Source: Macrostomum lignano (Eukaryota). Taken from it: a stretch of DNA of 64,000 nucleotides. Numbering within the stretch: position 1 is the stretch's first letter; every line of letters starts with the position of its first letter. Position numbers and translations under genes: made by a program. Below, piece by piece: positions 1-11,629 of this stretch. The stretch covers positions 248,001-312,000 of the forward strand of contig NIVC01000522.1 of the NCBI GenBank assembly GCA_002269645.1, given 5' to 3'. The notes beneath the pieces are model-generated. The model had not been told where the DNA came from and searched no databases. It worked only from the letters and a program-made list of their open reading frames with translations.

Positions 1-13
1 TAAAAGTTATAAA

Positions 14-2475
14 ATGGCCGACAGCAAACCATCAATCGCACGTGATTCAACTATGGCTGCGACAGCTAAGGTGGGTGTGTTTTCAGATCAATACATGAGA
101 CTCATCAGTTGGGCAATTGGCGCAACATAACATGATGTGGCCATATAATTATAGACATGGGGAAACATTGATGCCAATGGCATAAAAATATATTACCCTA
201 GGCCTAGGCACACAGAAAAAACCCTGTTACATAGCTATAGGAATTTTTTTTGTCAAAAAACAGCTTTTTATAGGCCTAGGCCTAGTTTATCTATGGGCCT
301 ACACCAGGGCCAGGCAAAGTAAGCTGAGGAAATAGCAAATGCATGCATGCTAGAAACTTTGAAATGCAGGCCACCTTTATTAGTATAATAGAAATGTCAT
401 TATTTATATTATGTTTTCTATTTGCAAAAGGTAAATGGTAGGAGTAATTATGACAAATTTTAGTCTCAAAAATGCCTTATCATCTAATTAGGCCTAGTAA
501 TTATATTAGTGCTATACATTAATTTACTGACAAGATTCAATCTAGCTCGTGCTTATGCTATATCTATCTAGTAGGCCTATTATGTTAATCGGTGATCGGT
601 AGGCGTATGTTATGTTTGCATAATTTTGGTTTTTTGATTTTTTCATATTCAGAAGCATATTTGGAAAATAAAATTTGTGAATCTGAAACATTTTGATTTC
701 TAAAAAAATATGACTTTTTTCGGATTCAGAATCCAAATCCGAATATTCAGGTCCATTACTAGTTCAATATAAAGTGTACATAGTTGGCATACAATAAATA
801 GCCAAGTTAAGGGCTAATTTAATCCTGTAGTTAAATATCAACTAACAAAAGCTCTTTAAACATAATCAAAAACTAAAATAAAAAATATTTGAACAATATA
901 GAAGTGGATCATGTAGTATATGCCCAAAACATTAGGCGTGCATTGGCCTTGCATACCAAAATTAGGCGTGCACAGTTGGCATGCATCATTCCTGAGAAAA
1001 TATAGCATGCATACATACCTGGCATGCACTTTATAGAATCACATGTAAGAGTTATTGGGAAGTAGAAAAAAGATGAAAAGTTCATTTTCAAGCACAAATT
1101 TCAAGCTTTTCAGTTTATTCAAGCTTGTAATAAAGCTTAAAAATTGAAACAAAGAATATTAATTTTTAGCAAAGAAGAACATTAACAAGATCCCTCACCT
1201 TTAAAGCAGATGGCATGAAAACTTTTTAAGTAGACACAGTCCCATTGTGTCAATCTTGCTCAGTTGTTGGTTGATAGCCAGGTAGTTAGTTGGCTTACCT
1301 TTTAGAAAGTTTCAACCATCTTTTTCAGAAAACCAAGGCATTGTAGTCTAGGCCTACTAGTGCTCCAAGATCTGTGGGTTTTAAAGGTCGAGAAAATATA
1401 CATTTTAAGTAGCATATACAAATATTTACACATAAAATTTTGGAATAATTTTGATGTTATGACCTGTTCACATTTTAAATTGCTGCATGCTAATATTAGC
1501 CCAAGTCATTGTAAAGACCTCTTACCAGACACAATGGTGAGTCAAACCAGCCATTATTACACCATTTAGCAACTTCACTAGCAGATTTTTTTAATTGATA
1601 AGAGCAGGCATACTGCTATGGCTTTATTAATCCAATTAAAAATTTATAAATGAGTTAAAGACTCGCCTATTATCTTATATCTGATTTTCAATTTAATGGT
1701 GCCTTGCCACATAGAATCAACGTACCATACATTATAATCTCTGCCCAAGTGACCAATCAGTTCACCCACCCAATCAAATCAAATGAAGAGTGAACTAATG
1801 GCCGCTCAAAAGTGCATTAAATTATTCGGTGCCTTGGGTAAAAATGCTATGTTGTGGAATTAAATAATGGACAAAGCACGAGTGTGCTCCACGCTTTGTG
1901 AGCAGCAAAAATGTCAGTTGTCTGCAAAACAGGCAAAATAGCCTGAAAGATTCTAAACAAAACCCTAATATAGAAAGTACTGAGTTGCATCTAAAACACT
2001 AAGGCAACAATTTTCTGGAATAGAATCATACAAATAATTTTACAAACAGCTTAGTAAGCATTTATGAATATAATTAATGAGGCATGACCCAACAACCTTC
2101 TCCACATTTCAACAGCAAGCCAAGCAAATTCTGGGCAAGGAGAAGTCTACGCTTGGCGACACCAGAGCAGTGACCAATGTGATTAAGAAGACCAAAATCA
2201 AGCGGTCTTCCGCTGTCCAGAAGGTTGCTGACGAGGCCAAGGCCTACTTGGGTCATGTAAGTTCAGTGCCTGGTTTCAGCCAACAGCCTGGCTTAGTAAC
2301 CATTTCTAAATAAGAATAATTTCCACTGCAGGATGTGGGCACCTCTGGCGAGCGCAAGCTGCGCACTCGCAAGGCCCGCCCAGCCCCTGTGGCCAAGAAG
2401 CCGGCCACAAAGCGCGCCGGCACAATGAAGGCCACCGCTAAAGAAGGCAAAGCCTTCCTCAAGGGCAAGAAGTGA
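14..2475 (+). CDS. Small basic protein (113 aa) with three internal repeats; exons 14-70, 2116-2256, 2332-2475
   Basis: ATG at 14 (MADSKPSIARDSTMAATAK|gtgggt). Acceptor caacag|CAA at 2116, donor CAT|gtaagt at 2257, acceptor ctgcag|GAT at 2332, TGA at 2473-2475. All introns are phase 0. AATAAA at 2502-2507. The same motif recurs in all three exons. Confidence 0.75.
960..1160 (-). repeat. Diverged inverted copy of an AT-rich dispersed repeat also found near 12830-12910 and 24700-24870
   Basis: Its reverse complement ACTCTTACATGTGATTCTATAAAGTGCAT...AATGATGCATGCCAACTGTGCAC aligns by eye to 24790-24870. Confidence 0.6.
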
Positions 2476-3195
2476 AGCACAATTACTAAATTAGTCTAAT
2501 TAATAAAGTGAAACTCAAGCGACAGTTGTGTGGCATGTACAACTTTTTTGAAGTGTGCTAGCTTTCCCATTTGATATCGATACTACTCATTTATCATTTA
2601 TTTATTCAGCGTCGCATAAAAATACTTTACTGTATGTTTCATATAATTTTTTAATTAGGCGTGTAAAAATTGGCTTAATTAGCTGGGTTGAACGTGTACT
2701 TTGTCTTAAAATTTCACAAATACAAAAAAACTAAAATCTCCACATAATGATTTTAATAATCAACTGGAAATGTTCCTAACTAATCGTCAGGTACACTTTC
2801 ACTTATTATCCAGTAAGTAGTAATATTTTATTTTAAATGTTCTCATTCCAAATGTCTGACTTTGGTAGGCAGCATGATTTTGTTTACTTTTATTGTATTG
2901 TGTCATATTTTAAAAATGCAAGTATCTGCTTCTTTAGTTTCTGAAAAAGGTTTATAATAAGGGCATAGTATGACATACGCGCTTCTTGTTTTGAATCGTT
3001 TAACAAATTTCTCAACTATGTACGCACAAATATTCTCAGTGAATACCTTAATTAAATAAACTTTTTATATTTAGCATGGGCTTTAATACATAATTTCATT
3101 CAGTTTTCATTCAATAAACCAATACGCTCAATTATCTTGCTTTAATATTTTGCTAACAAATCACTTTGTGATACGCTTGAAATATACTTGAAAGA

Positions 3196-3657
3196 CTAGC
3201 TGTCGATGTCTAGCAGTTGAGGTTTGCCCATTATTGAAGCTTGATAAGAAAAATCCGACATAGTTGCAACAGGATGTCCATATAGTCGCTTGGTGTCGTC
3301 TGTTGAAGGTGCCGACGGCGTCGGAGTGACGACTGAATGCTTGAGAGACTGGCTGAAGATGTCCAACAGTTGAGGCTTGCCCATTGTCAAGGCTTGATCA
3401 GCAAACTCGAGAAATTTGCAACAGCGTGTCACCAGGTGCCACCTGCTGAAGGTCCAGACTCCAGAAGCTCCGCCTGGTTGAAGGCCCCAGTGACCAACGA
3501 AGTCCGAGCTGATGCAGACACATGTGGTCGAAGTGCTGATGAAATTTGGAGGCTTGGCAAGGCTGTACCGAGGCGCAGTGCTGATTGGCGCACAGGGGTG
3601 CACCATGAATACACGAAGGGAAAAAGTCCCGTTCTTGCTTGATAAGGTGCACAACAA
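3196..3657 (-). CDS. Uncharacterised ORF or possible terminal exon with a duplicated MGKPQLLDI motif
   Basis: GC-richer island in AT-rich DNA. The 153-aa minus frame is open across an internal duplication (about 3190-3270 vs 3340-3430). No recognisable domain. Confidence 0.25.
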   Translation of the reverse strand: MLCTLSSKNGTFSLRVFMVHPCAPISTAPRYSLAKPPNFISTSTTCVCISSDFVGHWGLQPGGASGVWTFSRWHLVTRCCKFLEFADQALTMGKPQLLDIFSQSLKHSVVTPTPSAPSTDDTKRLYGHPVATMSDFSYQASIMGKPQLLDIDS

Positions 3658-4380
3658 GAAGTTAGGCCGTGTTCTGGAGTTTTGTGTGCCTGTTTCGGCG
3701 CAGCAACCTCCCCCCCCTACATGTCTACATTATTTTAAAAATCGGTGTCGTCGGTCATTTGTCATTTTAGCGCCGCATGCGAGGCTCTGAATGTACGCAT
3801 TTTCCCCTATTTTTGATTCAATTGTTTACTTGTAGGCTTAACTAGTGTGCAAAATGTTATATATACTACTACTACATTGATCCAATATACAGCAGCATCT
3901 TGCATTGAACTTCTTAAAAATCTCGATAGTATGCGAACTTTTCACAAACACTCGGTTTTAGCATTAAAATGTATAATGACCATGCATGGCAATGCGTGGA
4001 AAACTACCGGGCGTAGAGCAGGTGTACTTACTGCATGTACGCAGTTTGCAAAGTACATGTATAGCAAATAGCAGTAACAGGGTTGGGCGAGTGTTTACTC
4101 ATTTCCGCGAGCATCTACAAAGTCGATCAGTACCGATCGAGTACTGGAGTTATGCAGCTTCTTTTTTTAATCTTCAACTTCACGAGGAAAGGTTGATTTC
4201 CTGCCTCTTCTAGGAAAGAAAATCGTGAATATTACTTTCCAAGTTTCCATCACGTCGACATCAAACTTCAACAATCAACAATTCGACAGGTGAATTGATG
4301 AACGAGACTGTTCATGCAAGATGATGTTGCCGCAGCTCAATTAACCAGATCGATGCATGATTGATTTAAAACCGAAAGTC

Positions 4381-5388
4381 CTAAGATTTCAAACTGTTGA
4401 TCGCCAGAGTCGCTGCCAGTCTCTGGTGGCGCGGCAACCTTGAAGAAGACGGCGTCTCTCCAGAATCCGCGGCGGCAGCGGGCGCGGACACCCAGCATCG
4501 GTCGAAGCTCGCCGGTCGACGTACTGGGCGCAGCGAAGTCTGCTGCTGCTGTTGCTCCTGTGGTCGCGTCGAGGCAGAGGTTGCAGCTGCTGGAGGTGAC
4601 TCAGCAGGGAAGCTGAAGTTCTTCACTCGGACCGCAGCGGACGCAACAAAGTCGACCAAAGCGATCACCGGCCTGCCTCGGCGGTTGGGATGGCAACTTG
4701 TTGCCGGCCGACATTCGCGTTGGTTGCGACTGCCTTCAGCAGCCGGCGCTGGGCCTTCAGCGACGCTGCGACAGACTGCAGCAGAAGCGGCTGGCGTTGT
4801 TCTTGCAACGGCAGTTCGACACCGAGTCGCTGTCGAAGCAACTGAAACTGAAACGGCAGCCATCGAAGAGATCGCGGATGTCGTTGCCGGTTCTTCGACA
4901 GCTGCAGACGTCGCTGACCCCATCGGCACGCGCTCCCAGACGCCGTACAGCTGACAGCTGCCTGCCGATGAGGCGCGGCTCCCAGCTGTGCTGAAGGACG
5001 ACGGCGCCAGGAGGGAGTCCAGAGCTCGCGCTCGCTGCCTGAGTGCCCACGGAGTGGCGAAGGCGTCCGCCTCGGGATCTGGACGGCGCGACAGACGACG
5101 CTCCAGTCGCAGCAGCGCCTGACGCGGTTTCAGCACTCGCGGATGCTGCGTCTGCTGCTGCTGCTTCGGAGGCGGCTTGGACACCTGCGTTGCTGAACTC
5201 GGCATCTGCTTGACCGTTTGAGCAGCAGTGGCTGTGGCGGGCCGTCGAGCAGCAGCGGCAGCGGCAGACCCCAATTTGGTCTTCTTTGGCCTTCTGTGCA
5301 GATTCGTTCTGGCGCAGCAGCTGGCCTCCAGTGAGTAGGAGAGCTCTGGCCGCTGCTCCTCTGCAGCTGGCATGTCGGGGGCTCGCAT
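4381..5388 (-). CDS. Uncharacterised Ala/Ser/Gln/Pro-rich protein (335 aa)
   Basis: Long ORF in a GC-rich island, ATG in an ACCATG context, poly-Ala and poly-Gln tracts like neighbouring genes. No domain recognised. Confidence 0.5.
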   Translation of the reverse strand: MRAPDMPAAEEQRPELSYSLEASCCARTNLHRRPKKTKLGSAAAAAARRPATATAAQTVKQMPSSATQVSKPPPKQQQQTQHPRVLKPRQALLRLERRLSRRPDPEADAFATPWALRQRARALDSLLAPSSFSTAGSRASSAGSCQLYGVWERVPMGSATSAAVEEPATTSAISSMAAVSVSVASTATRCRTAVARTTPAASAAVCRSVAEGPAPAAEGSRNQRECRPATSCHPNRRGRPVIALVDFVASAAVRVKNFSFPAESPPAAATSASTRPQEQQQQQTSLRPVRRPASFDRCWVSAPAAAADSGETPSSSRLPRHQRLAATLAINSLKS

Positions 5389-6889
5389 GGTCTCTGGTTC
5401 GCTCCGTTTAAACTGCGCTCAGTTCCGCATGCGACGCCATTATTTAAGCCCAAACTACCAAAAGTTTTGCGTCATCGCGCGGGCAGTTTAGAATTTAAAA
5501 TGAACCAACTGCGGGGGAACTGTATAGCAGCAGACTACTCGAATGAATAATTTATTATTTCTAAATCCCTGCGCGCAGCGTGCAGCGGACTTTTCGCGGG
5601 GACTTGGCTTTGTCAAGAGCGCCTCCTTATGGCAAACCAAAGCTCCCCATTATATACATAGACTCACTCAGCTTACATAGTTAGGCCTCTAATTTTCAAA
5701 GCACTCAGTTACACGCCATTGTTGTAGCAGCTTCACTCTGTAAATAGCTGAAGCCTTCAACCTTGCACGCTTGAGTCCCGCGTCTCCAGGATGTTTCCCC
5801 ACTGTCTGCCTGCAATAACTCAGTCAGCTGTAGGCTGCAGCTTCACTTCACTGCTGCCAATTCCCTGGCATGCAGGATCTCCCAGGCACTTGGCATTGGC
5901 AATTCCGGTCCGTGCTTGACAGAGATGGAAAATGGGAAAACTCCGCGTCTCCACAGTGTCTCAATTGTCACACGACTGTCTCAACTGATTTTGACTGTCT
6001 CATGGATTAATCCCGCCACATATCTTAGCCTGATTCATCTTCTCACTCCAGCCTCACCCTCTCCTATCAGCCTCACACTCTCCCCTCAGCCTCATCCTCT
6101 CCCTCCAGCCTCACTTTCTCCAGTTTCACCCTCTCTCTCTCTCCAGTCTCGCCGTCTCCCTTTATCGCGCCTCTCTAATACAGCACAGTCTTCTGCAAGA
6201 TGAGGAATAAAAAAAATAAATTGCAAGGCACATCAAAATCATTTGGGCCAATTGGAGTCAAATCAGAATAAGAACTCTTAATTTTTGTTTCAACAAGTAA
6301 CAATCTATAACTGTACACAAGCAATACCTTTAAAAGCAAGCCAGTGTTCAATTAAAAATCAATAACTAGCATTCACGAGCTAATTTAGGAGTTAATTACG
6401 AAAATGAAGCTCGTGTCTAGCACCACATAACAGCACACTTTTGACAGCGCGCAAATGTGACTACTTTTTGTAAGTAGCATGATTCAAATTTAGTAGTACA
6501 GCTTATAACAAAATAGTAATCGATCGAAACTAGCGTCTTTCGAAATTAAAAATACAAGGAACATGCAGTGTGCAACAGACTACCGAATCTTGCAGTGCAA
6601 ATCCGTGGAAAATTTTAAAAAAATTAAACTACTTAAATAGTAAGACTTACAGATAGAAGATCATAACATTCAATGGGCATTAAACAAATATGAGCAGTTT
6701 ATTCTCAACAGCAGAATATTGCAATTGACACTTATTGAATGTCAAGTCTGCAATGTAGTGAATGAATGGGAAAGCTTAAGGTAGGGTAGAAGCCACACTC
6801 TGAATCCTATAAGTATAACAAAGCTCGAATGAGGTCTGTTGACGCAGTGGCGCCAAAAGACTAATATATTGTGCCGAAATTTAGTATGT

Positions 6890-7400
6890 GGATTTGGGAT
6901 TTGGGAGATTTTGGCGCCAAAATTTCGGGACTTAGAAGATTTTGCGCCAAACTTTTCGGATTGAGGAGACTTGGCGCCAAACTTTTGAGATTTGGGAGAC
7001 TTGGCGCCAAACATTTAGGATTGGGAGATTTGGCGCCAAACTTTCAAGATTTGGGAGATTTGGCGCCAAAATTTTGGGATTTAGGAGATTTGGCGCTAAA
7101 CTTTTAGGATTTAGGAGATTGGGCGCTAAACTTTTGGGATTTAGGAGATTCAGCGCCAAAATTTTAGGATTTGGGAGATTTGGCGCCAAAATTTTAGCAT
7201 TTGGGAGATTTGGCGCCTAACTTTTGGGATTTGGGAGAGTTGGCGCCAAGATTTTGGAATTTGGGAGACTTGGCGTCATAACTATGGGATATGGGAGATT
7301 TGGCGATAATCTCTTGGGATTTAGATGATTTGGCGCCAAACTTTTGAGATTTGGGAGAGTTAGCGCCAAAAAATTGGGATTTGGGAGAGTTGGCGCCAAA
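6890..7400. repeat. 30-bp minisatellite (TTGGGAGATTTGGCGCCAAAATTTTGGGAT), about 17 copies
   Basis: Visible 30-bp periodicity with the palindromic core TTTGGCGCCAAA. Confidence 0.95.
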
Positions 7401-7551
7401 AAAATTTAACCACAGTTAAAAAGCAAACAAACAATTGATTTATTTATTATGCACGTTGATGTTGGAAAATATCAGCAGACATTAGGAAAGGCTCAGGACA
7501 TGAGAGTAATCTACTTTGCAGAGAGCGACCAATATCTCAACACGATCGGCA

Positions 7552-8850
7552 TCAGTTCGAACAGGGGCATCTGGAAGACCCGCCGGTTCCGCCTCGGGCT
7601 CCGCCAATTCTGTTGCTACCGCCGCCTCGGTGCAAGGAGAACGAGTGACCCGAGTTGGCCGGTCCTGCAGTCCCGACGCTGCCGCCGAAGGTGTTGCTCA
7701 ACAAGCTCGGCTCGGCGGAGAAATCATCCGCGATCTGACGGAACAGCCGGTCGATGTTCTCCCCTGTTTTGCTCGACGTTTCGAATGCTCGACCGCCGAT
7801 GCCTTTATGGATGGTGAAAAGCGGCGAGGTTGAGCACTCTCAGATTTAGTTTGAGCACACCCAGATGGGAGATTGAGCACACTCAGATTTGAGGTTGAGT
7901 ACACTAGGATTGAGGTTGAGCACACTGAGATTGAGGTTGAGCACACTTAGATTTGAGGTTGAGCACACTTAGATTTGAGGTTGAGCACACTGAGATTGAG
8001 GTTGAGAACACTCGGATTCAGGTTGAGCACACTCAAATTGGGGTTGAGCACGCTAAGATTGAGGTTGAGCACGCTAAGATTGAGGTTGAGCACACTCAGA
8101 TTGAGTTTCAGCACATTCAAATTGAGGTTGACTACACTGAGATTGAGGTTGAGAACACTCGGATTCAGGTTGAGCACACTCAAATGGGGTTGAGCACAAT
8201 CAGAGTGAGGTTGATCACACTCTGAAGTTGAGCACACTCAGATTTGATGTTGAGCACACTCAGATTTGAGGTTGAGTACACTAGGATTGAGGTTGAGCAC
8301 ACTCGGATTGAGGTTGAGTACACTTATATAGAATAAAATCGAGAACACACTCAGATACTGGAGCACAAAGTGTCATGAAAAATGCGTGAAAAGCCTCACT
8401 TTCAGCAAATACGACAACCTCCTCCTCGCCCACCTGCCTGCAGGTTGGGTCAGCCTCAGCTAAGTCGCGTTTACATCCGCAAAAGTACAGTTTGCAACGA
8501 TCCTCGTATTTTTGCAACTCCCTAGTCCAGAATTTGGCCCGTTCAAGGCTGACAGCATCCGTGATGTCGTAGCAGATTACGGCCGCCCCAGCGCCTCGAT
8601 AGTAGATTCTGGCCATAGACTCGTACCGCTCAGAGCCCGCCGTGTCCCAGATGCCCAACACTACAGGCAAATTATTGCTGGTATTAATTCGCCTAGAACC
8701 ATAGGCTGCACCAATGGTGCTCTGATAGGTGTGCCCAGTAACAAATCGTTCATGTAGAAATCTTTCAACTAAGGCAGTCTTGCCAACATACTCTTTGCCT
8801 AGCAACACAACCTTGATGTCTACTCTAGTGTCGCTGCCGCCGCCAGCCAT
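7552..8850 (-). CDS. RAB24: Rab24 GTPase (233 aa); exons 8850-8400 and 7802-7552
   Basis: VDIKVVLLGKEYVGKT, TIGAAY, WDTAGSERYESMARIYYRGA and ERAKFW are Rab24-diagnostic. A phase-1 intron (GAAA|gtgagg ... ataaag|GC) restores FAESIGGRAFETSSKTGENIDRLF. The protein ends SRCPCSN*. Confidence 0.95.
7828..8325. repeat. 21-bp minisatellite (GAGGTTGAGCACACTCAGATT) filling the Rab24 intron
   Basis: Direct periodicity; it produces several spurious repetitive ORFs. Confidence 0.95.
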
Positions 8851-10311
8851 CACACAAATCTGGAAGCTAACATGTGAAATAAATAATTGAAATTAGATTT
8901 CGTGCATACTACTGATAGTAGAGTAGCAGTAATCTCAAAGTGGAAAATTCAAATAGATAGCAAAATATCAATTAATGTTCAAGTTTCAAGTTTCTACTAT
9001 AGCTGGTATATTTTCAAACTGCCTCTGACTTAGTTATAAATTTGTTTTCAATGCAAAGATAATAAAATTTAAAATTATTATAAGACATGCATTGCTAATG
9101 CATATTGGCATAGAAAATAGAGAAATAAAATAGAATTAAAAAAGTTTTTTATATTTATATCAACTTAGCTAACAAGGTTCCTAACTGCTGTGGAGTCTTA
9201 GCCACAGGCCACAGAGTATAGTTTCATTTGGAAAATTAATTTTATTTGAATTTGCACCAGTTCTGATGAGTGAAAATTGATGAATTTTCATTGATCAGTG
9301 ATGAGTGTTATAAAAGTGTCTATTAGTTTTTACACTCTATAGCCTAAAGGGATATATTTAATAAATGCTAAGTGAGGAAAAATTCAAAAAGCATTTAATA
9401 TAATCATTTTAAAGCACTAAGCAATCTAAAGCATATTTTACTTCTATAACCAAAATGACTAGATATCCACATAGGCCAACTTGAATAATTCCACCAAACA
9501 AAGTATTACTAATCTAAAACAATTAAACTCTTGAACTTTTCCTTTCAGTTTATTGGGTTTAACAAAACAACAAATGTTTTCCATGTTACAATAGGTGATT
9601 ATTTATTCCAAGAATAAGTAAATCTATCTAAAGTTGTTAGTTTAGTTTAATTTAAACGAATTATTTACTAGTTAGGATCATGGCACATAAGCCCCAAAAT
9701 ATAAAAAAAACTTTCTGTCCCAATGCCTTGATTAACCAAAACTGACAAAATCCGCAATAAATGCCTAGAAAAAGTCAGAATTTTTATCCCAAGGTCCAAT
9801 TCAATCATCTAGTCATTTTCAATTAGATCTATATTCCTATATTCCAAAATACATAGTGTATGCTATAATTTTCTAGCATGTATTCTAAAACCTCAGTGAG
9901 CTTGGTGTGTAAATGAAAAAATGTATAGACTTTGTCAACATGCACAATTGGAAATTGCCTTATAGTATGCATGTTATAAACTCACAGCATGCCAGTCTAC
10001 ATATATAGCATATATGATTATTTGTGGTTTTGTTAGATCTAGATATCCATTAATTATACTACAATTGTTCACTATTTTTATTCCATTTGAATAAATTATA
10101 TCAGACCTTTGCTAGCCTCTTCCATGGTCCAAATTTTCTTACAATCCCAAAGTCTATTAGCATATACACTTTGGGGTTTGGCATAGGCATGCATTTGTAA
10201 ATTTTGTTGAAAGGCATTCTGGCATGCATTTACATGATCTAGACTATGGCCATATTGCAATATTTGCCAACAAATGGTCGAAATGGACAACATGGCTTGG
10301 CTCCTCTAGTA

Positions 10312-11629
10312 CGAGGGGTGATCAAAAAGTTCTGCAAGTGACCTCACAAGTCAGTGTTACAGCAGCCGAGGCGTCTAGTCAGTGTCACATTCCCTCAAAG
10401 TACTTTCCACCACCATCTATACACTGTCGCATGCGTGTGCACCATGTCCGAAAGCAGTCATGGTACTCCAAAGTTGGTATACCCTGTAGAGCTGAATGTA
10501 CCGCTTGGGCAAGGTATTGTATGCGTGAAAACAGCCTCCCAAAAATGATGGATTTGATCCTCGGGAACAGCCAAAAGTCACAGGGTGCTAGGTCTGGAGA
10601 GTAAGGTGGATGGGGCAGCAGCTGGACCCCCTGCTGCTCCAGGTACGCCATGGTTGAGGCCGCTCTGTGCTGTGCCGCATTGTCATGGTGCAGCAGGAGT
10701 CGAGGTCCATGCCTGGTTCGCGCACATTCCTGCTGCTCCTGCAGCACGCCTGGCAGAGCAGTGTCTGTGTAGTACCTGGCAGTCACTGTGGCACCCGCTG
10801 GAAGGATGTTCACCGATACAACACCCTGAGAGTTGAAAAAAATGGTGAACATCCGCTTCCGACTGCGGAATCCGGTCTTCAGCACCTCAAGCCTTGGCTC
10901 ATCTTCTGCCAGCCAGACCATGTTGGACTGCTTATCCTTCATGGTAAAGAAGGAGATCCAACATTCGTCTCCTGTGATGACATCCGACAGTCGTCGTGGG
11001 CCGTGGGACTTAAACATTTGCAGCCACAAGAGACAGATGCGCACCCTCTCTGCTTGCTGCTCCGGAGTGAGAAGATGGGGTACCCACCGAGCGCAGGTCT
11101 TTGTGCGGCCTAGTTGCTCATGCATAATGTTATGAGCACTTCCATGGCTGACACCAAGCTCATAGACAAGGAATCTCAGCATAATGCTCCAATCCTCACG
11201 AATTATTGCATCGGCACGGGCCACGACATCTTCGGTCACGGATGTCCGGAGTCGGCCAGACCTCGGTTCATCGTTGAAGCTGTCCCGGCCTTCCGAGGAA
11301 TGGCGCAGCCAGCGGGCAACCGTGTCAAATGATGGAGCAAAGTCAGCTAAAACATTCACTAGATCGGTATGAATCTCAGTCGCTCAGCAGCCAAGTTGCA
11401 TGCGCATAAAGATGTAGAAGCGAACACTGTCTTTTGATGTTTCCATCAGCTACCGAAAACACATGGAAAATATATGGCTGTGAAATTTGACTGGAGCACA
11501 TTTGGAAGCCAAAAATGCATATAAATATAGCAAACAGATATAGCCACATATGTATAAGTTTTGGGATTTTGCCGATTCTATACCTAAAAGCTATAACAAG
11601 AGGTTGCAGAACTTTTTGATCACCCCTCG
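10312..11629 (-). mobile_element. Full-length mariner (DD34D) element, 1318 bp, with 26-bp perfect TIRs and a TA duplication
   Basis: TA|CGAGGGGTGATCAAAAAGTTCTGCAA at 10312 and its exact reverse complement ending at 11629, followed by TA. The TIR start resembles Hsmar2/irritans-type ends (from memory). Confidence 0.95.
10385..11446 (-). pseudogene. Mariner transposase (353 codons) with one premature TGA at codon 21
   Basis: METSKDSVRFYIFMRMQLGC*ATEIHTDLVNVLADFAPSFDTVARW... with WVPHLLT, TGDE, HHDNA and YSPDLAPCDF motifs. There are 34 residues between the 2nd and 3rd Asp. The stop lies at 11384-11386. Confidence 0.92.

Noticed and set aside
4397-4954. Plus-strand 185-aa ORF and other antisense ORFs over GC-rich exons
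   Set aside because: These are shadow ORFs typical of GC-rich coding DNA, with non-ATG starts and no domain signal.
6530-6894. Another Helitron-like copy (ACTAGCGTCTTTCG ... TTTAGTATGTGGAT)
   Set aside because: Both termini match only loosely and the GC hairpin is missing.
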